This document shows positions 17,301 through 27,930 of a stretch of 64,000 bases of DNA, piece after piece (positions within the stretch are counted from its first letter, which is position 1; each line of letters starts with the position of its first letter). The notes below the pieces were generated by a model. It did not search any database, was not told the origin of the DNA, and was given only the letters and a program-made list of their open reading frames with translations. Origin of the DNA: an uncultured Acidobacteriota bacterium (GTDB lineage Bacteria; Acidobacteriota; Terriglobia; Acidiferrales; UBA7541); the NCBI GenBank assembly GCA_963721845.1, contig CAVRKW010000009.1, forward strand, positions 232,458 through 296,457, in the 5' to 3' direction. Made by a program: the position numbers and the translations under genes.

Positions 17301-19565
17301 ATGGGAAACACACCCATTCAAGACAATCCGGGCGCTCCTCGTTCGAACACGCTGCCGCGCGTGCTGGTGGCCACCACGGCCATGCTCACGTTTATTTCGT
17401 TTTGGCGCGCAGCGGCGATCGTGCTGAACGACTTGGCTTCCTCGGCGTATTACGCCGGTGGCGAAGCGGAGCGCTACATCGGCAAGACCGCGCCGTGGTT
17501 CATCCTGGCGATCATGCTGTTTTCGTATGCGGTGCGTGCGATCTACGTGGAAAGCTGCAGCATGTTTGTGCGCGGCGGCGTGTATCGCGTGGTGAAAGAG
17601 GCGCTGGGCGGATCGCTCGCGAAATTTTCCGTGTCGGCGCTGATGTTCGATTACATCCTCACGGGGCCGATTAGCGGTGTATCTGCCGGGCAGTACCTCG
17701 CGGGACTGATCAACGATCTTGTGGACTTTCTGCACCTGGGTCAGCACGTTTCCGTGGATGCGACGGCGGCGACATTTGCTGTGCTGGTGACGCTATATTT
17801 CTGGCGCGCAAATATCAAAGGCATTCCGGAATCCAGCGACAAAGCGTTGAAGATCATGCAAATCACCACGGTGATGGTGGTGGTTTTGATTGCGTGGTGC
17901 ACTTACACCGTGTTCATGCGCGGATCGCATTTACCCCCAATGCCGCGCCCAGCAAATCTTCGGCTGGGAAACGAAGCGCTTGGTTGGCTGCACAACTCGT
18001 GGATTTCGCATATCGGGATGATCATGGTTTTTGTGGGGCTGGGGCATTCTGTGCTGGCCATGAGCGGAGAAGAATCGCTGGCGCAGGTGTACCGCGAAAT
18101 TGAAAGCCCGAAGCTGCCGAATTTGAAGAAGGCCGGGCTGGTGATTTTTCTTTACAGTCTGCTGTTCACTTCGCTGGTCTCGATATTCGCCGTGATGATT
18201 ATTCCGGATGGCGAGCGCCACACTTATTTTCAAAATTTGATCAGCGGACTGGCAATGAATCTGTACGGTCCGTATGGATTGCGTTTGCTGTTCCACGCGT
18301 TCGTTGTGATTGTGGGCGTGTTGATTCTTTCCGGTGCAGTGAATACTGCGATTGTCGGTTCGAACGGCGTGCTCAATCGCGTTTCGGAAGATGGCGTGCT
18401 GCCCGACTGGTTCCGGCAGCCGCATCGCAAATTTGGAACGACAAATCGAATCATCAACGCGGTGGTTTTCTTCCAAATACTGACGATCATCATCAGCCGC
18501 GGCCAGGTGGACTTCCTCGCAAACCTTTATGCGTTTGGCGTGATTTGGAGTTTCGCGATGAAGGGGCTGGCGGTGCTCGTGCTGCGTTACACGCATCCCG
18601 GCGAGCGCGAGTACCGGGTTCCGATGAATTTCAGAATCGGCAACATTGAAATTCCGCTTGGACTTGGACTAATCACGCTCGTACTTCTCGGAATGGCGGT
18701 GGTGAATCTTTTCACGAAGCCGGATGCGACGATTGCGGGTGTCACATTTTCGCTAGCGCTCTTCACTATGTTCACGATCTCCGAAAAAGTGCTGCACCAT
18801 CAGCGCAAGGGCGAGCACGTCGAAATGGATCAGTTCAATTTGGAGCAGGAAGGTGATCTGACTCCGGAGGCTGTGGGCGCGCGGCCGGGAAATATTTTGG
18901 TGCTGGTGAGCAATTTTCACGCGCTGTATCACTTATCGGCGGTGCTCGATCGCGTGAAGCCGATGCGGCGCGATGTAGTAGTGCTGCATGTCAGGATTTT
19001 GAGACGTTCGGCATCGGGCGAAAGCGAACTCGATGCGAGCCAGCTTTTCGGAAGCGTGGAGCAATATTTGTTCAGCCAGGCGCTGGCGCTCGCGGAAAAG
19101 CGCGGGAAATCGATCAAGCTCGCAGTAGTCGCCGGAAATGATTTGTGGGAAGCGGTGATGCGTGCGGCGGTGGGATTGAAATCGTCCACGATTGTGCTGG
19201 GGCGTTCGGCGAAACTTTCCGTCGCCGAACAAGCGCGCGATACCGGCCAGGCATGGGAACGATTGCCCGATCCGCGGCCACAATTCAACCTGGAAATTTT
19301 CCTGCCGGGAGGCCAGCGCGAATTCTTCCTGCTCGGGCCGCATTCTCCGCACCTCACCGCCAACGAAGTGCGGCTGATTCACCAGCTCTGGCTGCGTTTC
19401 AGCGATCAGGTGATGCCCGAAGAGTTGCACCATCACGACGTCGTCCATTTCGCGCTTAACGAAGTGGAACATGAACTCGCGCTCGGCAACGAGAGCGAAG
19501 TGATCGACCGATTGAAAGAACATTTGCAGGGCAATCGCGAAAAGCGTCCGCCAACTTCTTCGTAG
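17301..19565 (+). CDS. APC-superfamily permease with C-terminal universal-stress-protein-like domains
   Basis: About 12 TM segments in the N-terminal ~500 aa. The C-terminal region (ILVLVSNFHALYHLSAVL...VVLHV...STIVLGRS) resembles USP folds. Confidence 0.85.
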   Translation: MGNTPIQDNPGAPRSNTLPRVLVATTAMLTFISFWRAAAIVLNDLASSAYYAGGEAERYIGKTAPWFILAIMLFSYAVRAIYVESCSMFVRGGVYRVVKEALGGSLAKFSVSALMFDYILTGPISGVSAGQYLAGLINDLVDFLHLGQHVSVDATAATFAVLVTLYFWRANIKGIPESSDKALKIMQITTVMVVVLIAWCTYTVFMRGSHLPPMPRPANLRLGNEALGWLHNSWISHIGMIMVFVGLGHSVLAMSGEESLAQVYREIESPKLPNLKKAGLVIFLYSLLFTSLVSIFAVMIIPDGERHTYFQNLISGLAMNLYGPYGLRLLFHAFVVIVGVLILSGAVNTAIVGSNGVLNRVSEDGVLPDWFRQPHRKFGTTNRIINAVVFFQILTIIISRGQVDFLANLYAFGVIWSFAMKGLAVLVLRYTHPGEREYRVPMNFRIGNIEIPLGLGLITLVLLGMAVVNLFTKPDATIAGVTFSLALFTMFTISEKVLHHQRKGEHVEMDQFNLEQEGDLTPEAVGARPGNILVLVSNFHALYHLSAVLDRVKPMRRDVVVLHVRILRRSASGESELDASQLFGSVEQYLFSQALALAEKRGKSIKLAVVAGNDLWEAVMRAAVGLKSSTIVLGRSAKLSVAEQARDTGQAWERLPDPRPQFNLEIFLPGGQREFFLLGPHSPHLTANEVRLIHQLWLRFSDQVMPEELHHHDVVHFALNEVEHELALGNESEVIDRLKEHLQGNREKRPPTSS

Positions 19566-19693
19566 TTTCCGCAACACCTAGTTCGCAAAGTTTGCGCGTG
19601 AATCCGTGTTCTGTTACGGTTTTCTTTACTATTCAGCGCGCTGAACGCGGCGCCATTTCGCGCGAACGTTCGCGGAGATCTTGAGGCACACGA

Positions 19694-20158
19694 GTGATCG
19701 GATTATTTGAAGGCACCAGCGAAGACCCGAAGGCCAAGAAGCGCCGCTACATCATCACGGCCATCGCGCTCTTGATTATCGGAACCGCGAGCGGAATCTG
19801 GATGTACTACGGTGTGGTACACGTGCCGCAGCGCCATGTGGCGCAGCATTTTCTAAACGCGCTCACCGCTGGTGATACGCAGCTCGCTTACAATTTGTGG
19901 AAAGCGGATCCAAAGCAATACTCCTACAAAGATTTTCTCGACGATTGGGGCGACAAGGGATTCTACGGGCCGGTAAAAAGTTACCAGATTGAGAGCGCCA
20001 GCGAGCCGCGCCGGGAAGGCAGCGGAATCGTCGTGACAGTGGAAGTGAATCCATACAGCCCATTTCCCGGCGATGCGGATGTTGTGAAAAGTCACGCAAC
20101 AAAAGAAGTGCGGCTGTGGGTGGAAGATAAAGATAAGTCGCTGGGATTCGCGCCGTAG
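19694..20158 (+). CDS. hypothetical membrane-anchored protein
   Basis: GTG start and a single N-terminal TM (YIITAIALLIIGTASGIWMYY). No family recognised. Confidence 0.55.
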   Translation: MIGLFEGTSEDPKAKKRRYIITAIALLIIGTASGIWMYYGVVHVPQRHVAQHFLNALTAGDTQLAYNLWKADPKQYSYKDFLDDWGDKGFYGPVKSYQIESASEPRREGSGIVVTVEVNPYSPFPGDADVVKSHATKEVRLWVEDKDKSLGFAP

Positions 20159-20191
20159 GTTTTACACGCGCGGAAGATTTTGCCAAGCCGC

Positions 20192-21244
20192 TCAGTGCGG
20201 CAATTCGTGCAACGCGGCAATCAGTTCGGCCGGCTCTACCGTCGCCGTACCAAGTTTTCCCACGACAACTCCTGCAGCCGCGTTTGCGATCATCGCCGCA
20301 TCAGCGATCGAGCCTCCAGCAGCGACCGCCACCGCCAAAGTTGCGAGCACAGTGTCGCCCGCGCCGGTCACGTCGAAAACTTGCCGCCCGGTGGCATCGC
20401 GATCGACTCCGGGCTTGCCAACACGCTCGTAGCTCACTTCAAATCCGGTGGCGGGAATTTGAATTTGCTTCGGCACTCCCTCTTCGATAATGCTCATGCC
20501 TTTTTCACCGCGCGTGATCACCACGGCCGCGCATCCAAAGTGAGCGAGCAATGCGCGTCCCGCCTCTTCCACCGATTGCGAATCAGCGAGCGTGCGCGTG
20601 ACGAAAAATCCGGCTTCTTTCGCATTGCAAATAATTGCAGTCGCTCCGCGATAGGCGAATAGCCTGGAAGTTTTCGGTTTCACCATCGCGGGAACTTTGC
20701 GCTTGTGGCATGCGCTTAAGATGCGGTCGGCGAGCGCATCTGTGATCAGCCCCTTGTCGTAATCCGAAATCACCAGCACATCGAGCTTGTCGATCGCAGA
20801 AATAATTGCGCGGATTAGTTTTTCCTCGAGCTCGCGCGAGAGCGGTTCGCGGCGTTCGCGATCCACGCGGACAATTTGCTGGTGCCGCGCGATCACGCGA
20901 GTTTTCACCGTCGTAACGCGCGAGGGCTCCTGCAGTATCCCGCGTACGGGCATCTCGATCGCGGCGGCGCAACGCAGAATCGCGGCGCCTTCATCATCTT
21001 TACCCACAACTCCAAACGGAGTGACGCGCGCGCCGAGCGCCGCAATATTTGCGGCAACATTTCCCGCGCCGCCCAAACATTCGCTTTGCTCCACAAAATC
21101 CACCACCGGCACTGGCGCTTCGGGTGAGAGGCGCGAGGCATTCCCCCACGTGTAGCGATCGAGCATCCAATCGCCCACGACGCCCACGCGCCGCCCACGC
21201 ATCGCGCGCGCGAGCCGCAGCAGTCTGGGAACGTCGGCTTTCAT
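20192..21244 (-). CDS. PfkB-family sugar kinase, D-glycero-beta-D-manno-heptose-7-phosphate kinase-like (RfaE domain I)
   Basis: VGVVGDWMLDRYTWGNASRLSPEAPVPVV...GGAGNVAANIAALG and the C-terminal DVTGAGDT motif. The ATG at 21244 overlaps the Trm112 stop (ATGA). Confidence 0.8.
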   Translation of the reverse strand: MKADVPRLLRLARAMRGRRVGVVGDWMLDRYTWGNASRLSPEAPVPVVDFVEQSECLGGAGNVAANIAALGARVTPFGVVGKDDEGAAILRCAAAIEMPVRGILQEPSRVTTVKTRVIARHQQIVRVDRERREPLSRELEEKLIRAIISAIDKLDVLVISDYDKGLITDALADRILSACHKRKVPAMVKPKTSRLFAYRGATAIICNAKEAGFFVTRTLADSQSVEEAGRALLAHFGCAAVVITRGEKGMSIIEEGVPKQIQIPATGFEVSYERVGKPGVDRDATGRQVFDVTGAGDTVLATLAVAVAAGGSIADAAMIANAAAGVVVGKLGTATVEPAELIAALHELPH

Positions 21245-21432
21245 GCCTTGGGAGCGGATGGATTCGTGGGAGGGGTAGCTTCTTCGGGCAGCATAACGGG
21301 CAGCCCGTCGCGGACCGGATATTTCCGGCCGCAGGAAACGCATTCGAGTTCTTGATCGTCACCCAGCGCCCTCACTGCCGTGTGGCACACCGGGCAAGCC
21401 AGAATTTTCTTGAGTTCTTCGTTTAGAGCCAT
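21241..21432 (-). CDS. Trm112/UPF0434 family small zinc-ribbon protein
   Basis: LLKILACPVCHTAVR...LECVSCGRKYPVRDGLPVML pattern. Confidence 0.8.
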   Translation of the reverse strand: MALNEELKKILACPVCHTAVRALGDDQELECVSCGRKYPVRDGLPVMLPEEATPPTNPSAPKA

Positions 21433-21502
21433 TGCAAATCAGACTGTAACAAAGCCGCGGAAGCTGTGGCAACAATGTCTCGCGGGCGATTGCGAAGAAC
21501 TA

Positions 21503-23636
21503 CTATCGCGCTTTGGCTGCTTGCAATGTGAGTTCGGCATTCCAAGTCTTACCAGCCGTGATTGTTGGCCGCCAGATCGCCAGAATCTGCGAGCCCTGGT
21601 AAACGCGCTCGAAACCTTCCTCGGATTCCGAAACAGTTTCGACGGGCTCAATCCAGAATTCATCTGCGAGCAGGAGCGTCGATACCAATCGCAACATTCT
21701 GCCATTCGTCCACGATGCGAATTGACCCAGTTGCCGCGCCGCTCCAATTGAGAGGATGGCGCTCGCCGCCAAATTCAAAAAATCGATCGTGCGCATCGGG
21801 CGCAAGCAAATTGAAAACACTTTCGATTCCAATATCGCATTGCGGAAAAGTTTCGGCGTTGTGGCTTACTTCGATCGCGCAGCGAATCACGAAACTATCC
21901 TCGCTCGGTTCGAAGCGAAATGTCTTTTGCACGCGGATCGATGAGCCTTGCGGGCTGGCGCCATCGAGATCAATCGGCGCATCATGCACAAACTCAAATC
22001 GGTTGCGTGAAGGCTTGCTGCTCGAATAGAAACCGCCTGCGATTGCGGCGCTTTCGCCCAGCCGGATCCATTCGTAGTCCTCACGCGTTTTCCCGTGCGG
22101 AAACACCAGCACCCGAAAACAATTTCGCGCCCAGCGATCGTAGCGGAGGCGGCCTTCGAGTCCCGGCTCCTTCACTTTCGTTTGCTCGTGAATGCTGGTG
22201 ACTCCGGCCGCGTCACTTTGCGTCGCACCCGCGAGCCGCGAGTGGTAGGCCTCAAGGCGTCGCGTCAGCGAATTCACCAGCGTGATGCTCGATGGACGAA
22301 AGTCGATCAGCGGCACGGTCGCGCCGTCATTCGCTTTCACGAGCAAAGCGCCCGGCTGCGCCGTCAGGTACGTTTCTTCAATTCCGTCAGCGTCGAAATC
22401 GATTCGTTCCGCACGCACTCCTTGAACATTTTTCCCTTGCGCGGAATCCAGCAGCGTTTCCGCGCGAACCAGTTCATTCCATAGCGCGGTGCGGAGGTGC
22501 GGCGAATACAATCCGCCGAAAATTCCGTGCCAGTACGCGTCGTTACATTGCGAGCGAAGCAAGTGCGTGCGCGCCTCGTCCATTTTCGCGCGGTCGGGAT
22601 CCCCTTCCTTTCGCACACGTGCCGATTGCAATTTGCGCGACACATACAACGCCTTCTTGTGCAAAAGATTCGATTCCGAATACTTCGAGAAGAATCCGCG
22701 CCAGATTCCGCCACGCAGAAATCGCAAAACGTCAGGCCGCTTTTCGAACTCGTGATTCAGCCCGTGAAGATCGCGCCGCGAACCAGTGGGCAGAACCCAT
22801 TCCATCAACTCGGAATAAGACGCGGCAGGCAGATCCACGCGGCCAAGCGGCGCATGCGACGAAAGGTATTCGCCGGGCGGAGTGGTAATCAACCAGTCCG
22901 CATTTTTTTCCAGCGCGTCAAAAAAACGATCGAGCCATCCATCGCGATAGCAGTGATCGTAGGTGCTGGGCCAGCCGCCGAATTTTTCATTGTCGTCGCC
23001 CATCGCCACCATTCCGTCGGGATGGCGTTCCGCCGCGCCGCGCAAAAATCCAATCACGTCTTCCACCGGTTGAAACGGCAGCATGTACCGCATGGGTTTC
23101 AGGCCAGGGATCACTTTTACGCATGCGCCGCGATCTTCCACTACGTAGTAGCCGAAAAGCTGCTCGGGCTCCATGCCTGCGGATAGAAAATGTTGATCAT
23201 CCAGCAGCGTGTAACCCACGCCGCCCGCCGCAAGCACGGTCGGAAGATGCGGCTCCCACACTCGCTCCGCCAGCCACAAGCCCGAAGGCGGCTGCGCGAA
23301 TCGGCGTTCCAAAAAACTTGCCATGCGCCGGATTTGCTCTACTGCGTCTTGATGCGGCAAGGAAACCAGTATCGGCTCGTAAAACCCACCGCCAACGAGT
23401 TCCACTTGCCCGCGATCCGTCATCGCGCGAACGCGTTCCAGAAATTCCGGGTGGTGTATCTCCAGCCATTCAAGCAGCGGGCCCGTGTAGTGCAAGCCCA
23501 TCCGCACGCCAGGATGCCGCTCGAGCCGCTCGAAAAATGGCAGATACGATCGCTGATACAGCGTCTCGAAGACGTGGTCGAAGTTGCCGACCGGCTGATG
23601 TCCGTGAATCAGAAGAACTAGATGAATCTTCGGCAA
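21503..23636 (-). pseudogene. glycoside hydrolase family 57 alpha-glucan enzyme (amylase/4-alpha-glucanotransferase-like), with a +1 frameshift near 21680-21700
   Basis: N-terminus KIHLVLLIHGHQPVGNF...LHYTGPLLEWL is GH57. The main ORF stops at 21660, but the next frame (listed ORF 21503..21832) continues ...ADEFWIEPVETVSESEEGFERVYQGSQ..., which looks like the family C-terminal module. Confidence 0.8.
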
Positions 23637-23747
23637 AAATTGCTCCAGCAGAGGGAAGTATCACCGCAGCTTGCGATTGAAACCACCGAATGAAAACTGG
23701 GAGGCAGTCACGTACCGCGCCCGTGAGCCGGTTCAGCGAACCGGACT

Positions 23748-24194
23748 TTGCTATTATGCCGACTATCGCGCCAGAAGTTCAAACCGGAGCGTTCTATCAC
23801 GCACGATCCATCACCTCAGCATCCCACCGTACCGACCACCGAATTCGAGGCGGCCGCGATTTCCCACGGCATTGAACTTTTTAATTCACAAAAATTCTTC
23901 GATGCACACGAGGCCTGGGAGGCTGTCTGGCTGAAAGCCAAAGAGCCCGACAAGAAATTCCTGCAAGGTCTAATTCAGATTTCCGCTGCGTTTCATCACC
24001 GCTCTCGCGACAACCGAAAAGGGTTCGAGTCGCTCTTGCGCGCGGGCCTAATCAAAATCGAACACGCCCCGCGAAATCACCGTGGCATGGATTTTCACGC
24101 GATTCGCGCAGCGGCGCGCGAGTGGCTCACCGCGATCGAAGCCGGCAGCGAACTTGAGCCTCGAAAGCTGCCGCAGATTATCCGTGTGAAGTAG
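23748..24194 (+). CDS. DUF309 domain protein
   Basis: FNSQKFFDAHEAWEAVWL...FLQGLIQISAAFHH pattern. Start uncertain. Confidence 0.7.
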   Translation: MLLCRLSRQKFKPERSITHDPSPQHPTVPTTEFEAAAISHGIELFNSQKFFDAHEAWEAVWLKAKEPDKKFLQGLIQISAAFHHRSRDNRKGFESLLRAGLIKIEHAPRNHRGMDFHAIRAAAREWLTAIEAGSELEPRKLPQIIRVK

Positions 24195-24208
24195 CCGCAG
24201 TATTTCAA

Positions 24209-24781
24209 TTACAAGAATCTCGGAATAAATTTCGGCTTGCCGCCCATCAACTCGCGATAGTTGGGGTTCGCGAGCAGCAAGGAATCTTCCACGCGCAATC
24301 GTTGCCGCAGTACCCATACATTCAGCGCTGTCGCTGCAATCGCCGTAATCCACGCCGAATAAATCAGCGGCAGCGCGATAATTTCCACGAATACCGCGAC
24401 ATAATTCGGATGCCGTATCCAGCGATACGGCCCGGCGTGCACAACTCCCAGGTCAACTGAATTCATAACTTGCGCCGTCCAGTGATCCCGCATTGTCGCG
24501 ATCACCCATCCGCGCATCGCATTCGATAGCAAAAACAAAATAAACATCGAAATCGCCAGCGCGGGAATAAGCGGACGATGCAGAAAAACCACTTCCGCGC
24601 CCGCAGCTACTAGCACGCCCGCGTGCAGCAAAACCATTGCGGGAAAATATTTCTCGCGCACCACAGATGCTCCGCTCGCCACCATCCTGCGATGATGCGC
24701 GCGCGAAATTACCAGCTCTACCAGCCTCTGCGCGCCCACCAGCGCCAGCAGCGCCAGATACGCAATCTGCGTCACGCCCAT
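24209..24781 (-). CDS. isoprenylcysteine carboxyl methyltransferase (ICMT) family membrane methyltransferase
   Basis: GPYRWIRHPNYVAVFVEIIALPL motif. The ATG at 24781 overlaps the end of the type III PKS gene by 10 nt. Confidence 0.8.
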   Translation of the reverse strand: MGVTQIAYLALLALVGAQRLVELVISRAHHRRMVASGASVVREKYFPAMVLLHAGVLVAAGAEVVFLHRPLIPALAISMFILFLLSNAMRGWVIATMRDHWTAQVMNSVDLGVVHAGPYRWIRHPNYVAVFVEIIALPLIYSAWITAIAATALNVWVLRQRLRVEDSLLLANPNYRELMGGKPKFIPRFL

Positions 24782-25908
24782 TCGAGCATCAACATTTCCG
24801 CGCTGAACCCGGGCCCGAACGCAGCCAGCAATCCCCGCTCGCCCGGCGCAACTTTCCCCTTCGTCAGCCATTCCTGCAATACAAACAGCACAGACGCGCT
24901 CGACAAATTTCCGTAATCGCGCAGCGTGTCCCACGAAAATTGTGTCATCGAACGATCCAATCCCAGCTCTTCCTCGATGAAGTGCAGCAATTTCTGTCCT
25001 CCCGGATGGAGCACAAACGCGGAAAGATCGCTCTGCTTCATTCCAAATTTCGCCAGGAATTTATCTACCAATTCGCGGATCACATCTCGAATCAGTTGTG
25101 GCACATCCTTTGAAAGCACGATGTGCAGCCCGCCATCTTTCAAATCGAATCCCATCGCGTCAATTGTGTTTGGAAAAAGATGGCTTTGCGATCCCAGAAT
25201 TCGCGGACCATTTCCCGCCGCCGGCGCTGCCCCGCGCGTCACAATTGTTGCCGCCGCTCCGTCCCCGAATAAAGTGCTAGACACCAAATTTGCCGGCGAG
25301 AAATCGCGCCGCTGAAACGTCAGGCTCGGCAATTCCACAGCGACGATCATCACGTTTCCAGTTTCCACTCCGCGCAGAAAATCCCATGCGCGTCCCAGCG
25401 CTGCCGCTCCGGCCGCGCATCCCAACTCAGTTATCGGCAGTCGCCGCACATCGCTGCGGAATCCAAGATCATTGATCAAGTGCGCGTCCAGCGATGGGAT
25501 CATGATTCCGGTGCACGACACAGTAATCAGCAAATCGATTTCAGTGGCTTTCAATCCAGCTTGTTCCAGGCAATCCGCCGCCGCGCGCCGCCCTAACAAA
25601 ACCGAATGTTCAATGTATTCTTTGCTGGTTTGCTCCAGGGAGCGCGGCGTCACCGTGTAGTCCGCCGGGAAAATCGTGTATCGCTTGTCGATTTTCGTAT
25701 TTTCGATTACTTCCAGCATCGTCGATCGCCGCGCTTCGCTCATCGGAAACACAATGTCGAGATACGCCTTTATCTGTGCCATCTCAACCACGTTGGCCGG
25801 CAACGCTGTCGATGTGGCCGCCACTGAAATGGGCAGCTGCGAACGATTAGTTGATTCGCTTTCCCACATCCGCACTTCTCGGCCTGTCAGCGTCTGCGAA
25901 CCTGCCAT
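24772..25908 (-). CDS. type III polyketide synthase (chalcone/stilbene synthase superfamily)
   Basis: Catalytic Cys context ITVSCTGIMIPSLD, His in FVLHPGGQKLL, Asn in YGNLSSASVLFVL. Confidence 0.9.
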   Translation of the reverse strand: MAGSQTLTGREVRMWESESTNRSQLPISVAATSTALPANVVEMAQIKAYLDIVFPMSEARRSTMLEVIENTKIDKRYTIFPADYTVTPRSLEQTSKEYIEHSVLLGRRAAADCLEQAGLKATEIDLLITVSCTGIMIPSLDAHLINDLGFRSDVRRLPITELGCAAGAAALGRAWDFLRGVETGNVMIVAVELPSLTFQRRDFSPANLVSSTLFGDGAAATIVTRGAAPAAGNGPRILGSQSHLFPNTIDAMGFDLKDGGLHIVLSKDVPQLIRDVIRELVDKFLAKFGMKQSDLSAFVLHPGGQKLLHFIEEELGLDRSMTQFSWDTLRDYGNLSSASVLFVLQEWLTKGKVAPGERGLLAAFGPGFSAEMLMLEWA

Positions 25909-26170
25909 CCCGCCTCCTGTAGAATTGATTGCTTATTTGATGTCTGCAAATCGGCTTGCGGCGCGTCTTAATTTACCGGCTACCTCTGCCCCACTCTGCT
26001 CTGCATCAAATAAAAGCCAGCAAACCTTACTTTAAGCCCGGCGGGATGCGATCATGAGATTGCACGCGAGGCGCGAGTCAGATAACTTGGAGGCATAAGT
26101 ATAGCGTAGGGTTTCAGCTAAATGCGTTCCGCGGAGCCTGCGAATATCGCAGCGCTTTTGTTCCTGTGAG

Positions 26171-26491
26171 GTGAAGATGTCCGATCCGGTAGCCGACAAA
26201 GTGGTTTCGCTGGTTGCGTCGGTAAAGCACATCCCGGCTGAAAAAGTTTCGTTGGAAAGCAATCTTGCGGATCTGGGATTCGATTCGCTGGATACGATTT
26301 CGCTTTTGTTCGAACTTGAAAGCGCATTTTCCGTCACCATTCCAGACGACAAAGCTCGCGCGATTCGTTCCGTCAGCGAAATTGTCGCCGGAATCCACAC
26401 GCTGCTTCAGAATCCTCCCGCCGCCACCGCTGCTGCCGGAGCTGCACCTCTTTCCTCAGAGCCGCCCGCAGAGAAACCGGCCACCGAATAG
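26171..26491 (+). CDS. acyl carrier protein with Ala/Pro-rich C-terminal tail
   Basis: LGFDSLDTISLLFELE phosphopantetheine-attachment motif. Start is GTG 26171 or ATG 26177. Confidence 0.85.
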   Translation: MKMSDPVADKVVSLVASVKHIPAEKVSLESNLADLGFDSLDTISLLFELESAFSVTIPDDKARAIRSVSEIVAGIHTLLQNPPAATAAAGAAPLSSEPPAEKPATE

Positions 26492-26493
26492 GC

Positions 26494-27714
26494 ATGTCCT
26501 CTCGCCGCGTGGTGGTCACGGGGGTCGGTGCAATCTGCGCTCTCGGAAACGACCGCGAATCGATTTGGTCCGCGCTGCGCGCCGGTACCAGCGTCATTGG
26601 TCCCATGAAGCGCGTCGATACCACAAAGCTCGCTTTCAAAAACGCCTCCGAAGTCCAAAATTTCGATCCAGCCGCGCACTTCACGCCGTCTCAGATTGAT
26701 CATCTCGATGAGTTTTCTCAATTTGCTCTCGTCGCCGCGCGCGAAGCCGTTCGCGATTCCGGCATCGAATTCACCGATCGCCTCAAGCAGCGCAGCGCGA
26801 TCGTCACCGGAGTCAGTCTCGGCGGCAAAGCCACAGAAGACATCGGCTACGTCGACATCTACTCCAAGGGACGTACCCGCGTTCATCCGTTGACGATCGT
26901 TCGCTCGATGGGAAACGCCGCCACCAGCCACATCTCCATGGAGTTTGGAATTTCTGGACCATCATTCACGATTTCCACGGCGTGCTCTTCTTCGAATCAC
27001 GCGTTCGCTCAGGCTTTTGCAATGGTCAGATCCGGCGGGGCGGATCTCGCTCTCGCAGGCGGCGCGGAATCGCCGCTCAGTTTCGGGGTCTTAAAAGCGT
27101 GGGAGTCCATGCGCGTCGTCGCGCCTGACACTTGCCGCCCATTTTGCAAAGATCGCCGCGGCATGATCCTGGGAGAAGGCGCTGCAATTCTTGTGCTTGA
27201 GCCGCTCGACGCCGCTCTGGCCCGCGGCGCGCACATCTATGCGGAATTTGCGGGCGCGGGAATGTCAGCCGATGCGCACCACATCACGCAACCCACTCTC
27301 GGCGGCCCCACGATAGCCATGCGCGCCGCGCTTGAAGACGCTGGTCTCGCCGCCGAACAAATCGGCTACATCAACGCCCACGGTACCGGTACTCCCGGCA
27401 ACGATCCCACCGAGACGCGCGCGATTCGCGAAGTCTTCGGCGCTCACGCAAATAAACTTGCCGTCAGCTCCACAAAATCCATGCACGGCCATGCGCTCGG
27501 TGCCGCTGGCGCGATTGAAGCTGTCGCCACACTGCTCGCCTTGCACGGGGGAATCCTGCCGCCTACTGCGAATTTCACCGAAGCCGATCCCGAATGCGAT
27601 TTGGATTACGTTCCCAACGTCGCCCGTCCCGAAAGTATCGAAGCTGCTCTTTCCAATTCATTTGCCTTCGGCGGCTTGAACGCCGTCATCGCACTCCGCG
27701 CCTGGAAAAAATAG
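26494..27714 (+). CDS. beta-ketoacyl-ACP synthase II-like (KAS)
   Basis: ISTACSSSNHAF (Cys), INAHGTGTPGND (His), SSTKSMHGHALGAAG (His). Starts 3 nt after the ACP stop. Confidence 0.92.
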   Translation: MSSRRVVVTGVGAICALGNDRESIWSALRAGTSVIGPMKRVDTTKLAFKNASEVQNFDPAAHFTPSQIDHLDEFSQFALVAAREAVRDSGIEFTDRLKQRSAIVTGVSLGGKATEDIGYVDIYSKGRTRVHPLTIVRSMGNAATSHISMEFGISGPSFTISTACSSSNHAFAQAFAMVRSGGADLALAGGAESPLSFGVLKAWESMRVVAPDTCRPFCKDRRGMILGEGAAILVLEPLDAALARGAHIYAEFAGAGMSADAHHITQPTLGGPTIAMRAALEDAGLAAEQIGYINAHGTGTPGNDPTETRAIREVFGAHANKLAVSSTKSMHGHALGAAGAIEAVATLLALHGGILPPTANFTEADPECDLDYVPNVARPESIEAALSNSFAFGGLNAVIALRAWKK

Positions 27715-27852
27715 TCGCCTGATTTCCGTAGGGGCTAGGCTCGGCCGCCGTGGCGGCCAGGCCTCGCCAAGGTCCCGCCCCGGCGATGCTTGGGGCTCTC
27801 ATTTTTCGCTGTTCGATTCCGCGCAGAATAACCAAATACATTTCCCAAAAAT

Positions 27853-27890
27853 AAAAAAGCGGCGAGAGCACTTGCCCTCGCCGCAAAAAC
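27853..27890 (-). terminator. rho-independent terminator downstream of the ferredoxin gene
   Basis: Stem gcggcgag/ctcgccgc. On the - strand it is followed by ttttttatttttggg. Confidence 0.7.
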
Positions 27891-27930
27891 TGTCCCGCGC
27901 AGTTTCTGCGCGTTTTCCCGCTAGCCGCGA

